Assembly (NCBI GenBank): GCA_040326155.1
Contig: JBEQLE010000029.1
Coordinates: 1-40,160, forward strand
Direction of reading: 5' to 3'
Length of the DNA: 40,160 bases
DNA from: Leptospirales bacterium
GTDB taxonomy: Bacteria; Spirochaetota; Leptospiria; Turneriellales; JAOUFE01
The stretch's first letter is position 1. Each line of letters starts with the position of its first letter. The notes below the pieces were generated by a model, which was given only the letters and a program-made list of their open reading frames with translations, made no database searches and was not told where the DNA came from. The translations under genes and the position numbers were made by a program. Positions 9,460 through 19,592 of this stretch are shown here, one piece after another.

Positions 9460-9717
9460 ATGAGCAAACTTGATAAGTTTGTCAAAAAGTTCCTGTTCGA
9501 ACAAAATGACAATAATCTTGATTTTAAAATGATGTGTCGATTTCTAGAATACAGCGGATTTGAAAAAAGAGTTCGGGGCTCGCACCATATTTTTGCACAT
9601 CCGGAAATAAGGGAAATTATTAATTTACAACCTCAGCATCATTTGGTAAAAGAGTATCAGGCTAGACAGGTGAGACAACTTTTTAATAGCTATCGGTTGC
9701 AAAGTTTTATAAATTGA
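9460..9717 (+). CDS. hicA: HicA-family mRNA interferase toxin
   Basis: GFEKRVRGSHHIFAHPEIREIINLQP...VKEYQARQVR; canonical GSH His present. ATG 9460 chosen. Confidence 0.9.
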   Translation: MSKLDKFVKKFLFEQNDNNLDFKMMCRFLEYSGFEKRVRGSHHIFAHPEIREIINLQPQHHLVKEYQARQVRQLFNSYRLQSFIN

Positions 9718-9728
9718 AGGTAAACAAC

Positions 9729-9932
9729 ATGAGTTATTTAGTTCAACAATACAAAGTAATTATTAACTGGAGCAAAAGAGACGGACATTACATAGCTCAG
9801 GTTCCCGAACTGCCTGGGTGTATAGCCGACGGAAGCAGCTATACAGAGACGGTAAAGAATATCGATGAAGTTATAACCAGCTGGCTCGAAACAGCGCGAG
9901 ACTTCAAAAGAGAAATTCCGGTGCCATCTTAA
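9729..9932 (+). CDS. hicB: Short HicB-family antitoxin
   Basis: YKVIINWS..DG.YIAQVPELPGCIADG.SY.E...N.......WLETA....REIPVP; AAGGT RBS before ATG 9729. Confidence 0.9.
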   Translation: MSYLVQQYKVIINWSKRDGHYIAQVPELPGCIADGSSYTETVKNIDEVITSWLETARDFKREIPVPS

Positions 9933-9978
9933 GAACTTCCACCCTTTACTGTTTTTCTACTGCTCTTTATAAATTCAA

Positions 9979-11112
9979 TTAACTGTTTACGGAATCCGCT
10001 GATAGCATTCGCAGATAAGCGTCAATAAAAGGATCGAAAGCGCCGTCCATGACAGCTTGAACGTTTCCGTTTTCGTGTCCTGTTCGTAGGTCTTTTACCA
10101 TGTTGTAGGGGTGAAAAACGTAGGAGCGAATTTGGTTGCCCCACGAGATGTCTTTTCGTTCGCCCGATTTTGAGTCGACCTCTTTTTGTTTTTCTTCTTG
10201 AGCGAGTTCGTATAGACGGGCTTTCAGCATTTTCATGGCGGTGGCCCGGTTTTTAATCTGGCTTCTTTCGTTTTGGCAGGAGACTACGATTCCTGTTGGC
10301 TGGTGGGTCATGCGAACGGCAGAGTCGGTTTTATTGATGTGCTGTCCTCCCGCGCCGGATGCCCGGAATGTGTCGATGCGAAGGTCTTTATCGTTGACTT
10401 CGATTTCAATATCTTCGGAGAGTTCTGGCGAAATATGGACCGATGCAAAAGATGTATGGCGCTTTTTGTTGGAGTCGAATGGGGATATGCGTACAAGTCT
10501 GTGAACTCCGTTTTCGGCTCTTAAAAAACCATAGGCGTTTGGTCCTTTAATGTGCAGGGTGACATTTTTAATTCCCGCCTCTTCACCTTCCTGGTAATCG
10601 ATGAGGTCGACGGAGAACTTTCTTTTTTCGGCCCATCGGCTGTAGGCCCGGTAGAGCATGTCGGCCCAGTCCTGGGATTCTGTTCCCCCTGCTCCGGGGT
10701 GTACATTCAGGAATGCGTTTCGAAAATCGTCTTCTCCGGTTAATAGGCTTTCGAGGTCGAGCGCTTGAAACTTTGTTTCAAGGTTTGCCGCTTTTTTAAG
10801 AAGGTCGGGAAGCATTTCTGCTTCTTCTTCCATAAGGGCAATTTCGGTATATTCGAAAACATCTGCAATGCCTTTTCGAAGTTCGTTCCACTCTTCGAGC
10901 TTTCTTTCGATGGCCCCGATTCTCATTTGTACTTCTCGTACTTCTGAAATTTTACTTTCGTCTTTCCAGAGGTCCGGGTTTTCGAGTTTTTGTTTTAGCT
11001 CTTTTGCTTCCACTTCCAGGGCTGGAAGGTTTAAACCGGTGTATCGCTCTTCAACCATTTTTGAAAAGTTTTTGAATACGTTTTGAAGTTCTTTTAGATT
11101 CTCAGCTTGCAT
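9979..11112 (-). CDS. prfB: Peptide chain release factor 2
   Basis: [14 protein letters not shown] anticodon-mimic (RISPFD), GGQ motif ([15 protein letters not shown]), WGNQIRSY; single continuous ORF. Confidence 0.97.
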   Translation of the reverse strand: MQAENLKELQNVFKNFSKMVEERYTGLNLPALEVEAKELKQKLENPDLWKDESKISEVREVQMRIGAIERKLEEWNELRKGIADVFEYTEIALMEEEAEMLPDLLKKAANLETKFQALDLESLLTGEDDFRNAFLNVHPGAGGTESQDWADMLYRAYSRWAEKRKFSVDLIDYQEGEEAGIKNVTLHIKGPNAYGFLRAENGVHRLVRISPFDSNKKRHTSFASVHISPELSEDIEIEVNDKDLRIDTFRASGAGGQHINKTDSAVRMTHQPTGIVVSCQNERSQIKNRATAMKMLKARLYELAQEEKQKEVDSKSGERKDISWGNQIRSYVFHPYNMVKDLRTGHENGNVQAVMDGAFDPFIDAYLRMLSADSVNS

Positions 11113-11210
11113 AATTTTATAGTTTCAATAATGTTAATATTTTCAAACAACCAAGTGTAAATAGTGTGATAAAACAAACACTCTAATTTATATTTATTTT
11201 TGGTTTGCAT

Positions 11211-11227
11211 AACCCCGCATGCGGGTT
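11211..11227. terminator. Short palindrome downstream of the lipoprotein gene
   Basis: Perfect 12-bp palindrome CCCGCATGCGGG at 11214-11225; weak U-tract. Confidence 0.3.
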
Positions 11228-11255
11228 CAGGTGTATGAATAAAATATGGGTCGGG

Positions 11256-11735
11256 TTAAAAAGTCCGGTAGCCAGCGGCGCCGTTCACGGGTACTGGTGT
11301 AACGTTGTTTGTTCCATCATGACATCCGCCCTGATTGCAAGACCCATCTGCCGGTAGTGTGGTCACGGTTGGAGTCATCACCCCATTTTTCGTGGAGAAC
11401 ACATACGTTGCGTTGGGATAGGTGGTCGTGTCGGTTGTGTAAAAATTCCCAGAGTCATCGCTGGTCAGGGTACCGATTGTATTTGTTCCAGTGGCGTCTT
11501 TTACTGTAATTTTGACTCCGGATGCCGTGTTGCCGCCAGTTCCTGCTGAGTACACCGTTCCAGCGATCGCAAAAGTCGGTGAGCTATCGGCGTGGCAACC
11601 TGTCTCAATACACGACTGTCCGGCATTATGACTTGTATTACTGGTGGCGCTACTGTCGCCGTTGTTTGCACACGCTGTAAAAACCACCGTGGAGACAAAA
11701 AGAGCGTACACAATCATTAAAATTACACTTTTCAT
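11256..11735 (-). CDS. Lipoprotein with carboxypeptidase-regulatory-like beta domain and two CX4CH motifs (putative c-type cytochrome)
   Basis: Signal peptide with lipobox VFTA-C; HNAGQSCIETGCH and SCNQGGCHDG flank 'AGTVY...ITVKD...LTSDDSGNFYT'. Confidence 0.7.
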   Translation of the reverse strand: MKSVILMIVYALFVSTVVFTACANNGDSSATSNTSHNAGQSCIETGCHADSSPTFAIAGTVYSAGTGGNTASGVKITVKDATGTNTIGTLTSDDSGNFYTTDTTTYPNATYVFSTKNGVMTPTVTTLPADGSCNQGGCHDGTNNVTPVPVNGAAGYRTF

Positions 11736-11984
11736 TTATATCTTCCTGAGAATTTTTTTCTACTTAATTTGATGATAATGCTAACAAGTGACTAATACGT
11801 ATATAAAAAGGTTGAAACACGTTGTCAACCGAAGTAGGAAGTTCAATTCTTGATCCCGAATTTTGCTATGGAGTGATTGGCTATGCAAATAGGTGTGAGA
11901 TTCCACACCAGAGATTTTCTGGATCTCGATATACGGTAAATCGGGCTGATGGTTAAAATTCCCTTGTCGGGATGATATACACAC

Positions 11985-14900
11985 ATGAAGCTGAAACAGC
12001 ATATGGAACTTGTTGACCAGTCCGAAAGAGACGCAATATTAAAATACCACGGAAATCAGTATATACTCGCAGGAGCAGGCGCCGGAAAAAGTACGATACT
12101 TGCAGGTAAAATTGCAAGGCTTGTAGGCGAAGGGGTCGTAGATTCTATAACCGAAATAGTCGCGATTACATTTACAAAAAAAGCCGCAGGAGAGTTAAAA
12201 TGGAAAATAGAAGAGCAAATTCGCAAACTCGCCGACTCACAAGGGGGTCTAAGCGAAAACCCCAAACTCTCCCGCGCCCTGACCCAGCTCTCCGAAGCGC
12301 CCATTGGAACGATTCATAGTTTTTGCGCCGATATACTGCGCGCAAAATCTTTATACTTAAAAATTGACCCCGGTTTTCGAATTGCCGCCGAAGAAGAGAG
12401 CCAGCGACTTTTTCGAGAATTCTTTGACAATTATATACGCACCGCCTGGGACAGTGACTCTAGCTCATCATTGCAGTCCACATGGTCTTTAATCTTGAAA
12501 TATGATGACATTGAAACGCTCTCAGCAATTCGCGACACACTTGCTTTTTTCGATGAAAAATTTTACCTTCTTCAAGGCGTAAATAAAAGCGACTTTTTTA
12601 TTATTGATGAAAATAGACTGCTTTCGGCTACACAAAAACTGTTTGACGCATACCGAATGTGTTTTCTTGAAAATATAAAATTCTATGACGCCGATGCCGA
12701 AATCAAGGACAAGGGACCTTCGCTGGGGGACGCCCTGGTTAAAACCCAACGCGCGATTACCGACGCCACCACATGGGAAGAAGCAACAGCGGCCATGGCC
12801 GGAATTGACCCTGGAAGGTTTCTGGGAGGAAAAAAGTATATAGACTCCGAGAGTCCTTTTGCGGAGAGTACGCCTAAAATTCTTCGTCAGTTTATTTATT
12901 CGTTTACCGCCGGAGCCAACGCAAAGCCAAAAGGCGACCCCGAACTCATACCATCTATGCCCGGTTTTGAAGATTATGGCGCAGTTACACCAGAAGCCCT
13001 AAAAAACGAATTTTTGCGATACTTATGGTTTGAAGCCACATTGGATTTTAACACTTACGTTACCGAGCAAAAACGGTTGCGTGGGTTTTGGTTTTACCAA
13101 GATCTTGTATACCAGTGTTATCTCGCAGTCAATAATTCTTTTGTTCTTTCTGAAGTTCGTCGTGAGGTTAAATATATATTTGTCGACGAATACCAGGATA
13201 CCGATCCTTTACAGACAGCTATTTTTACCACCATTGCCGAAACCGATTCGGTGAAACTCTTTCGTGTCGGGGACGAAAAACAGGCAATATACTCTTTTCG
13301 GGGCGCCGACCTCGATACTTTTATTCGTGAGAAAACCACGTTTGAAAACGATTCTCGCGGTTTATTATCGAAGCTATCGGTGAATATGCGAAGCCATCCC
13401 TCCATTGTATATTATGCCAACCTGTTGTTTTCTTCCGATCAACTTCCCCGGTTGCTCATGCCCGGTTATGAAACGATGCAGCCTGGTCCAAAGGAATTTA
13501 AAAATGAAATTGAAAATAGTTCGGGCTTTGGAATTTACCTGCCTGAGATAACACCTTTGCTAAGCGGTTCTGAAAATTCAGGGGAGCCTCATCAAGCTGA
13601 AAAACCTGAAAAGATTTCAACTGCTCATTATCGTAAGGCAGAGGCGCAGTGGATTGCTTCAGAAATCGATCGTCTCTTAAAAAGTGAAACGAAGGCTACT
13701 CATACCATTGCCCTATTATTTCCAGCCCTGACGAATGTGAATATTTACCTCGAAGAGTTGAAGGCACTTTCTATACCCGTGGAACTTTTTGGTAGAAAAT
13801 ATTATGGTGAGAATTATCCATTGCGATATCTTATACATGTATTTCGTGTTTTAATTACACCTTATAATACGCTTTCGCTGGCAGCTCTTCTTCGGTCTCC
13901 CTTTTTTGCCTTTACAGATGGGGATATTCAAAAACTCGCCAAAGATGGATTTTTTAACCAGAGTCCCGGCAACTCCTGTTATGATAATTTAGAATATAAA
14001 CCTCCCTTTTCTGATGTTGTGTCTCTGGCTAAAATGGAAAAGTTTGTAACTCTTATAATCGAGTTCAAATCTATGTATCGTGAAAAACCATTGCATACTC
14101 TTGTTCGCACTGTTTATTCATCGCTTGGGTTATTTAACCTTGCTGGTGAGTTTTATTACCAGGAAGAAATTACCCAGAGTCTATTAACCGCTCTGGCCTA
14201 TTGTGCTGAGCTGGACCGTGACCCTGCTTTATCTAATGAAAAAAAAGTTTCCGAGCTTATTTTGAAACTCGAAGAGATGAATTTGCTGGCAAAAGAGAGC
14301 AGCGCAGAACAGGGTAAAAGTGAAAACAATATTGTTCAAATTATGTCTTACCATAAAAGTAAAGGACTTGAATTTGATGTTGTTTTTCTACCCGATTTAA
14401 TTCATGAAAACCACGCTCGATCGGAACGTTTTATTCTCGAAAGCGCTCCGCCTCAATCGAGCCAACAAACCCTGTATCAGTTTAAGAACTCTCCCATACA
14501 AATTAACGATGAAAACCCTTTAGATATTGTTCGACAAAGAGAAAACGAAGAGAAAAAGAGACGACTCTATGTCGCTATTACCCGAGCAAAACTTTGCCTT
14601 TATATGCCGCTTCCGCCTGGTGGGGAAAAATATACCAGAGGATGGTCCAAACCCCTGATTGAATTTTTTTCACAGGAACACTCCCTTGACTTTCAAGCAT
14701 CAGAGCAGTTTACAAAATATGAAATTCTCGATAACATGCAAAACAAAATTCCTGTGTATACACTTGCGGCGTCAGTTGTGGTACAAACCGATTTCGACTC
14801 TTCTGAACCGCGAATTTTATCGACGTTATCGTCAAAGGTAAAGAAACAAAAGTCCGTTGTCGCACGAACAAAAGACCGAAAAAAATCGGTTTCTTACCGT

Positions 14901-15623
14901 TTTTACAGCGGGACCTCCTTGATGAAATTAAACAAATATCCAGAGCTAGGTCCGAGGCGAGAGAACGCAGACGAAAGTATTGCTCCCCTGTTAGAATCGC
15001 CCCCCACAGACCAGATATATCATAAGCCCTTAATTCCGACAAAACTAAATGACTTAAGCGCAGTAGATCGTGGTGTATTGGCCCACTCGATATTTGAAAA
15101 AGCCGATCTTGAAAAAGCAGAGTGGGAAACTTTACACAGCAAAATGATAGCCAGGCAAATGAACTTCCCCGAACTATTGGACCCGGAAATTGATCTTTAT
15201 GCGCAAGAGTTATTGCATACGTATAAGAGCAGCTCGCTATGTACGGTAATAAAACAGGGTCGTATATTTGGTAAAGAGATCTCCTTTTCTACTCTTAGCG
15301 TGTCAGATTCCCCATGGGAACGCCCCATTGGAGTCGGCTATATCGATTTGCTGGTGGAAGACAAAGACGAAAACCTCATCATTGTCGATTACAAAACGAA
15401 TAAAAACCCCTACCAACAAGAAGACGAACAAGAAGATGCGACGAACAAATTTTCTCAAGAAATTCTGAATACATATCTTATTCCCATGAAAGTCTATCTT
15501 GACGCTGTTTGTGACGCTTTTCCAGGGCGCACGGTACAAGCAGCCCTCTACCATACCCCCAGTGGTGAGCTTTTTCGGTATGGAGATGAACTGGCAAAAA
15601 CGATTTTACCACATATCTCTTAA
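11985..15623 (+). CDS. addA: AddA/RecB-like UvrD helicase fused to PD-(D/E)xK nuclease
   Basis: AGAGAGKS Walker A, AITFTKKAAGE, GTIHSFC, VDEYQDT, VGDEKQAIYSFRGAD, HKSKGLEFDVV, LYVAITRA; C-terminal GYIDLL...IVDYKT nuclease; 1212 aa. Confidence 0.88.
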   Translation: MKLKQHMELVDQSERDAILKYHGNQYILAGAGAGKSTILAGKIARLVGEGVVDSITEIVAITFTKKAAGELKWKIEEQIRKLADSQGGLSENPKLSRALTQLSEAPIGTIHSFCADILRAKSLYLKIDPGFRIAAEEESQRLFREFFDNYIRTAWDSDSSSSLQSTWSLILKYDDIETLSAIRDTLAFFDEKFYLLQGVNKSDFFIIDENRLLSATQKLFDAYRMCFLENIKFYDADAEIKDKGPSLGDALVKTQRAITDATTWEEATAAMAGIDPGRFLGGKKYIDSESPFAESTPKILRQFIYSFTAGANAKPKGDPELIPSMPGFEDYGAVTPEALKNEFLRYLWFEATLDFNTYVTEQKRLRGFWFYQDLVYQCYLAVNNSFVLSEVRREVKYIFVDEYQDTDPLQTAIFTTIAETDSVKLFRVGDEKQAIYSFRGADLDTFIREKTTFENDSRGLLSKLSVNMRSHPSIVYYANLLFSSDQLPRLLMPGYETMQPGPKEFKNEIENSSGFGIYLPEITPLLSGSENSGEPHQAEKPEKISTAHYRKAEAQWIASEIDRLLKSETKATHTIALLFPALTNVNIYLEELKALSIPVELFGRKYYGENYPLRYLIHVFRVLITPYNTLSLAALLRSPFFAFTDGDIQKLAKDGFFNQSPGNSCYDNLEYKPPFSDVVSLAKMEKFVTLIIEFKSMYREKPLHTLVRTVYSSLGLFNLAGEFYYQEEITQSLLTALAYCAELDRDPALSNEKKVSELILKLEEMNLLAKESSAEQGKSENNIVQIMSYHKSKGLEFDVVFLPDLIHENHARSERFILESAPPQSSQQTLYQFKNSPIQINDENPLDIVRQRENEEKKRRLYVAITRAKLCLYMPLPPGGEKYTRGWSKPLIEFFSQEHSLDFQASEQFTKYEILDNMQNKIPVYTLAASVVVQTDFDSSEPRILSTLSSKVKKQKSVVARTKDRKKSVSYRFYSGTSLMKLNKYPELGPRRENADESIAPLLESPPTDQIYHKPLIPTKLNDLSAVDRGVLAHSIFEKADLEKAEWETLHSKMIARQMNFPELLDPEIDLYAQELLHTYKSSSLCTVIKQGRIFGKEISFSTLSVSDSPWERPIGVGYIDLLVEDKDENLIIVDYKTNKNPYQQEDEQEDATNKFSQEILNTYLIPMKVYLDAVCDAFPGRTVQAALYHTPSGELFRYGDELAKTILPHIS

Positions 15624-15678
15624 AGAAAGTTTAACCAGACTACTTTTTATGGCAACTCTATCATTAATTGATTACAAT

Positions 15679-15706
15679 TTGATAAGCGCTTATTGAAAAC
15701 TATAAT
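15679..15706 (+). promoter_or_regulatory. Sigma70-type promoter of the suf operon with an overlapping palindromic operator
   Basis: TTGATA(15679-15684)-N16-TATAAT(15701-15706); perfect palindrome ATAAGCGCTTAT at 15682-15693. Confidence 0.6.
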
Positions 15707-15737
15707 AAATATAGCGCCGAAACACAAAGGAACAAGA

Positions 15738-16535
15738 ATGAGCGAAAATGTTTTATTAGAAATTACAAACTTACATGCTGAATATGTGAACAATCAGGAA
15801 GATAACGAATCGATAAAGATACTAAATGGTATTAATCTAGTAATCGAGCAGGGTAAAACCCATGCTATTATGGGGCCAAATGGTTCCGGTAAATCTACAC
15901 TCTCCGCCGTGTTAATGGGACATCCCGCTTATAAAATTACCGAAGGTGAAATACGTTTTAAAAATCCTGAATCTGGCCAGCTTGAGAGTATACTTGAGTT
16001 AGAACCGCATGAAAGAGCCCGCCTGGGAATGTTCTTGAGTTTTCAATCTCCCGTATCGATACCCGGACTGCCGGTATCTCTGTTTTTAAGAAACAGCCTG
16101 AAAAATATTCGCGGTAAAGATATTCCCGTGCGAGAGTTTCGTAAAGAGCTAAAAGAGAATTTATCAGCTCTGGAGATGAACCCTGAACTTACAAAAAGAT
16201 ATCTTAACGAAGGTTTTTCCGGTGGTGAAAAAAAGCGGATGGAAATTCTTCAGCTGAGTTTAATTAAACCGGCATTGGCAATTTTAGATGAAATTGATTC
16301 CGGGCTTGATATTGACGCCCTTCGCCAGGTATCCAATGGTATTAACCGTCTGGTAGATGCGAATCGATCGTTTGTTCTTATTACACATTATAAAAGATTG
16401 CTAGAGTACGTAAAACCCGATAAAGTTCATATTCTGTCTAAAGGTCGCATTATTAAAGAAGGCGGCAACGAGTTAGTAGAAACCCTTGAAAAAGATGGGT
16501 ATGAAGCGTTTGTTAAAGCGGCCGAGGTTGCGTAA
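15738..16535 (+). CDS. sufC: Fe-S cluster assembly ATPase SufC
   Basis: IMGPNGSGKSTL, NEGFSGGEKKR, LDEIDSGLDIDAL, ITHY; AAAGGA RBS before ATG 15738. Confidence 0.96.
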   Translation: MSENVLLEITNLHAEYVNNQEDNESIKILNGINLVIEQGKTHAIMGPNGSGKSTLSAVLMGHPAYKITEGEIRFKNPESGQLESILELEPHERARLGMFLSFQSPVSIPGLPVSLFLRNSLKNIRGKDIPVREFRKELKENLSALEMNPELTKRYLNEGFSGGEKKRMEILQLSLIKPALAILDEIDSGLDIDALRQVSNGINRLVDANRSFVLITHYKRLLEYVKPDKVHILSKGRIIKEGGNELVETLEKDGYEAFVKAAEVA

Positions 16536-16544
16536 GGAAATACT

Positions 16545-17981
16545 ATGGATAGCTTGACGAAAGACAAAAAGAATAAAGATAAATCTTCTTTCGAAAAAGA
16601 AGATTATAAATATGGTTTTCATGACCCCGATAACTCTGTTTATAAATCAGAAAGAGGACTTAGCGAAGAGGTCGTGCGAAATATTTCAAAAATGAAAGAT
16701 GAGCCTCAGTGGATGCTTGATTTTCGTTTAAACGCTTTGGCCATTTTTCTAAAAAAACCGATGCCGAACTGGGGTGATGTGGAGTCACTGCACAATATAA
16801 AATTTGACGATATTTTCTATTTTGTAAAATCGACAGAAAAACAAGGACGTAACTGGGACGAAGTACCTGAAGATATTAAAAATACTTTCGACAAACTGGG
16901 AATACCTGAAGCGGAACAAAAGTTTTTAGGCGGCGTGACCGCCCAGTATGAGTCTGAAGTTGTTTACCACTCCATTAGAGAAGATCTCGAAAAACTTGGC
17001 GTACTTTTTACCGATATGGATACGGCATTAAAAATACATCCTGAAATTGTAAAAAAATACTTTGCAACTATTATTCCACCAAACGACAACAAGTTTGCGG
17101 CGTTAAACAGCGCTGCCTGGTCCGGCGGTTCGTTTATTTATGTTCCACCCGATACCGATGTGGCGATTCCCTTGCAGGCTTATTTTCGAATAAATACCGA
17201 AAATATGGGGCAGTTCGAAAGAACGCTTATTATTGCCGACAAGAATTCAAAAGTACACTACATAGAAGGGTGTACCGCTCCGACCTATACAAGCGACTCG
17301 TTGCACTCTGCGGTTGTTGAGTTGATTGCGCTTGAAGGCGCCACCATTCGCTATAGCACTATTCAAAACTGGTCTACGAACGTGTACAATCTGGTTACGA
17401 AAAGAGCCGTGGCTGAAAAAAATGCCAGAGTCGAGTGGGTGGACGGAAATATTGGTTCGAAATTAACCATGAAATACCCCGCAATTTATCTGAACGGGGA
17501 GGGCGCTCATGGAGAAGTTTTGTCCATCGCCTATGCCGGTAAAAACCAACACCAGGACGCTGGCTCAAAAATAGTTCACGCAGCACCAAATACAACCAGC
17601 AATATTTTATCAAAATCTTTATCCAAAGCGGGAGGCCATAGCAGTTACCGTGGTCTTGTAAAAGTTCATGCGGGAGCCTATGGTTCGCGAACGAACGTTC
17701 AATGCGACGCGCTCATGCTCGACGACAAATCGCGCTCGGATACCTACCCCTATATGGAAATTGAAGAAGAGAACGGGGTAAAAGTTCATCATGAGGCGAC
17801 GGTTTCTAAAGTAGATGACGATATGCTTTTTTATCTTATGAGTCGGGGAATCTCCGAAGATGAAGCAAAAGGTATGGTCATAAACGGTTTTATTGAACCT
17901 TTTACAAAAGAGTTACCTATGGAGTACGCTGTTGAGTTAAACCGGTTAATTCAACTGGAGATGGAAGGGGCAATCGGTTAA
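16545..17981 (+). CDS. sufB: Fe-S cluster assembly scaffold SufB
   Basis: [70 protein letters not shown]. Confidence 0.98.
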   Translation: MDSLTKDKKNKDKSSFEKEDYKYGFHDPDNSVYKSERGLSEEVVRNISKMKDEPQWMLDFRLNALAIFLKKPMPNWGDVESLHNIKFDDIFYFVKSTEKQGRNWDEVPEDIKNTFDKLGIPEAEQKFLGGVTAQYESEVVYHSIREDLEKLGVLFTDMDTALKIHPEIVKKYFATIIPPNDNKFAALNSAAWSGGSFIYVPPDTDVAIPLQAYFRINTENMGQFERTLIIADKNSKVHYIEGCTAPTYTSDSLHSAVVELIALEGATIRYSTIQNWSTNVYNLVTKRAVAEKNARVEWVDGNIGSKLTMKYPAIYLNGEGAHGEVLSIAYAGKNQHQDAGSKIVHAAPNTTSNILSKSLSKAGGHSSYRGLVKVHAGAYGSRTNVQCDALMLDDKSRSDTYPYMEIEEENGVKVHHEATVSKVDDDMLFYLMSRGISEDEAKGMVINGFIEPFTKELPMEYAVELNRLIQLEMEGAIG

Positions 17982-17982
17982 T

Positions 17983-19203
17983 ATGGCTTTAACAGTTAGA
18001 AAAGTAGACCACGATGTGAATGTCGTGCAGAGTCTTTGTAAAACCCTGAATATTTCGTTACCACCCGTTCCTTACCCGGTTAAACATATTGAACCCTGGA
18101 GACGATTCGATTTAGATCGCCTGAACGGAGATCTTCTGGAGGCTGCGAAAAAACCGAGTCATATAAAAGCTGAACTTGGAAATGCCTCAAATGCGTATGA
18201 GCTAAAATCGCTTGGTGAGTGGAGAAAACAAGATGAGCTTTTTGCTAAAAAAGCGATGGGGGCAATAAAAAAAATACCGACGGACCCCACAAAAGATTTT
18301 TTCGAGCTGCTTTTATACTCTTATATAAAAGAAGATGAAATTCCGGTGTTACGGGTAAAAGCTCTGCCAGATACAGAGGTGGTTCATTTGAACATGGAAT
18401 CTGTTGAGCCTATTGAGCCAGAAAGACTTGGGTTTTTTGCTGTTCTGGTTTATGTGGAGCAAGGGGCGAAAGCTCGTATATATTCGGTAGATCGTGGCAA
18501 CACTTTTGATATCTGCTCACTTCGTGTCTACCAAGAGCCTGACTCGAAGCTTGAATTTCAATTGATGTCGGAGAGTGGCACAAGCCGAGGGGCAGTCAGT
18601 TACCTGAAAAGTTACCAGGAAAACGACTCAACTTCTCGTTATGGTATATTTACCATGGACCGAAAAAATCGGAAATTTTTTGTAGAAAACAGATTACAAA
18701 AAAGAGCTCATACCGAATACGATGGTTTTCATACAGGTAACGCTTCAAAGAATGATCATGACTTTCATATTGTTCATGAAGGTTCTGACTCGGTTTCTAA
18801 TATTTATTTTAAAATGGCTCTGGTTGACCATGCTTATGCTGTTTTTTGGGGACAAACCGATGTCTTGCCTGGAACAACCGGCTGTTCGGCAACGCAGCTG
18901 AATAAAAATTTGTTGTTAGGTAAGAGTTCTCGGGTTGACGCCATACCGAAGCTGGAAATAATTACGGAAGATGTAGAGGCCTCTCATGGTAGCGCTACAG
19001 GGGAAATTTCTGAAGAAGAGATATTTTATCTAATGGCAAGAGGACTTGAACTATCCGAAGCTAGAAAACTATTGGTGTATGGATTTATTGAAGATGTGTT
19101 CCAGAGAGCATTTCGTGATCAAAACCTGGAAGAAGGAAATGAATTTTTAGACAACATCTGGGAAAAAACTCTGGACATCGTGAATATAAAAGTTCAGAAG
19201 TGA
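17983..19203 (+). CDS. sufD: Fe-S cluster assembly protein SufD
   Basis: C-terminal PKLEIITEDVEASHGSATG...FYLMARGL; position after sufB; divergent N-terminus. Confidence 0.9.
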   Translation: MALTVRKVDHDVNVVQSLCKTLNISLPPVPYPVKHIEPWRRFDLDRLNGDLLEAAKKPSHIKAELGNASNAYELKSLGEWRKQDELFAKKAMGAIKKIPTDPTKDFFELLLYSYIKEDEIPVLRVKALPDTEVVHLNMESVEPIEPERLGFFAVLVYVEQGAKARIYSVDRGNTFDICSLRVYQEPDSKLEFQLMSESGTSRGAVSYLKSYQENDSTSRYGIFTMDRKNRKFFVENRLQKRAHTEYDGFHTGNASKNDHDFHIVHEGSDSVSNIYFKMALVDHAYAVFWGQTDVLPGTTGCSATQLNKNLLLGKSSRVDAIPKLEIITEDVEASHGSATGEISEEEIFYLMARGLELSEARKLLVYGFIEDVFQRAFRDQNLEEGNEFLDNIWEKTLDIVNIKVQK

Positions 19204-19210
19204 GAAAATT

Positions 19211-19564
19211 ATGGATGCGAAAAATTGGATTACCGTTATGGACGAAGGTGATGTTGCCGGGACTGACCCCGGAGAGGTCGTCGCTTTTGATATTGAATTA
19301 GATTCGGGTGAAACGCTCGCCGTTGGCCTTGTGTGCGAACCCAACGAAGACTCGGGTTGGATGGCTTTTGAGAATATTTGTAGTCATGATGGTGAAGGAA
19401 TGGAAGAGGGTGAGGTCAATTTGAGAGATTGTACCATTGAATGCCCGCGTCATGGCGCGAAGTTTGACGTTAAAACCGGTGAAGTTCTCGGTATGCCCGC
19501 AGTTACGAATATTCGTACATTCGACATACGCATTTTAGACGGAATGATACAACTCTTTTTATAA
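19211..19564 (+). CDS. Rieske [2Fe-2S] ferredoxin
   Basis: CSHD...IECPRHGAKFDVKTG Rieske motifs; located in the suf operon. Confidence 0.92.
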   Translation: MDAKNWITVMDEGDVAGTDPGEVVAFDIELDSGETLAVGLVCEPNEDSGWMAFENICSHDGEGMEEGEVNLRDCTIECPRHGAKFDVKTGEVLGMPAVTNIRTFDIRILDGMIQLFL

Positions 19565-19592
19565 AGTCTTCGAGAAAGCACGATGAGCAACA

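Noticed and set aside
11891..11930. Small hairpins upstream of addA (GGTGTG/CACACC; CCAGA/TCTGG)
   Set aside because: Short stems with no recognisable family; compatible with chance.
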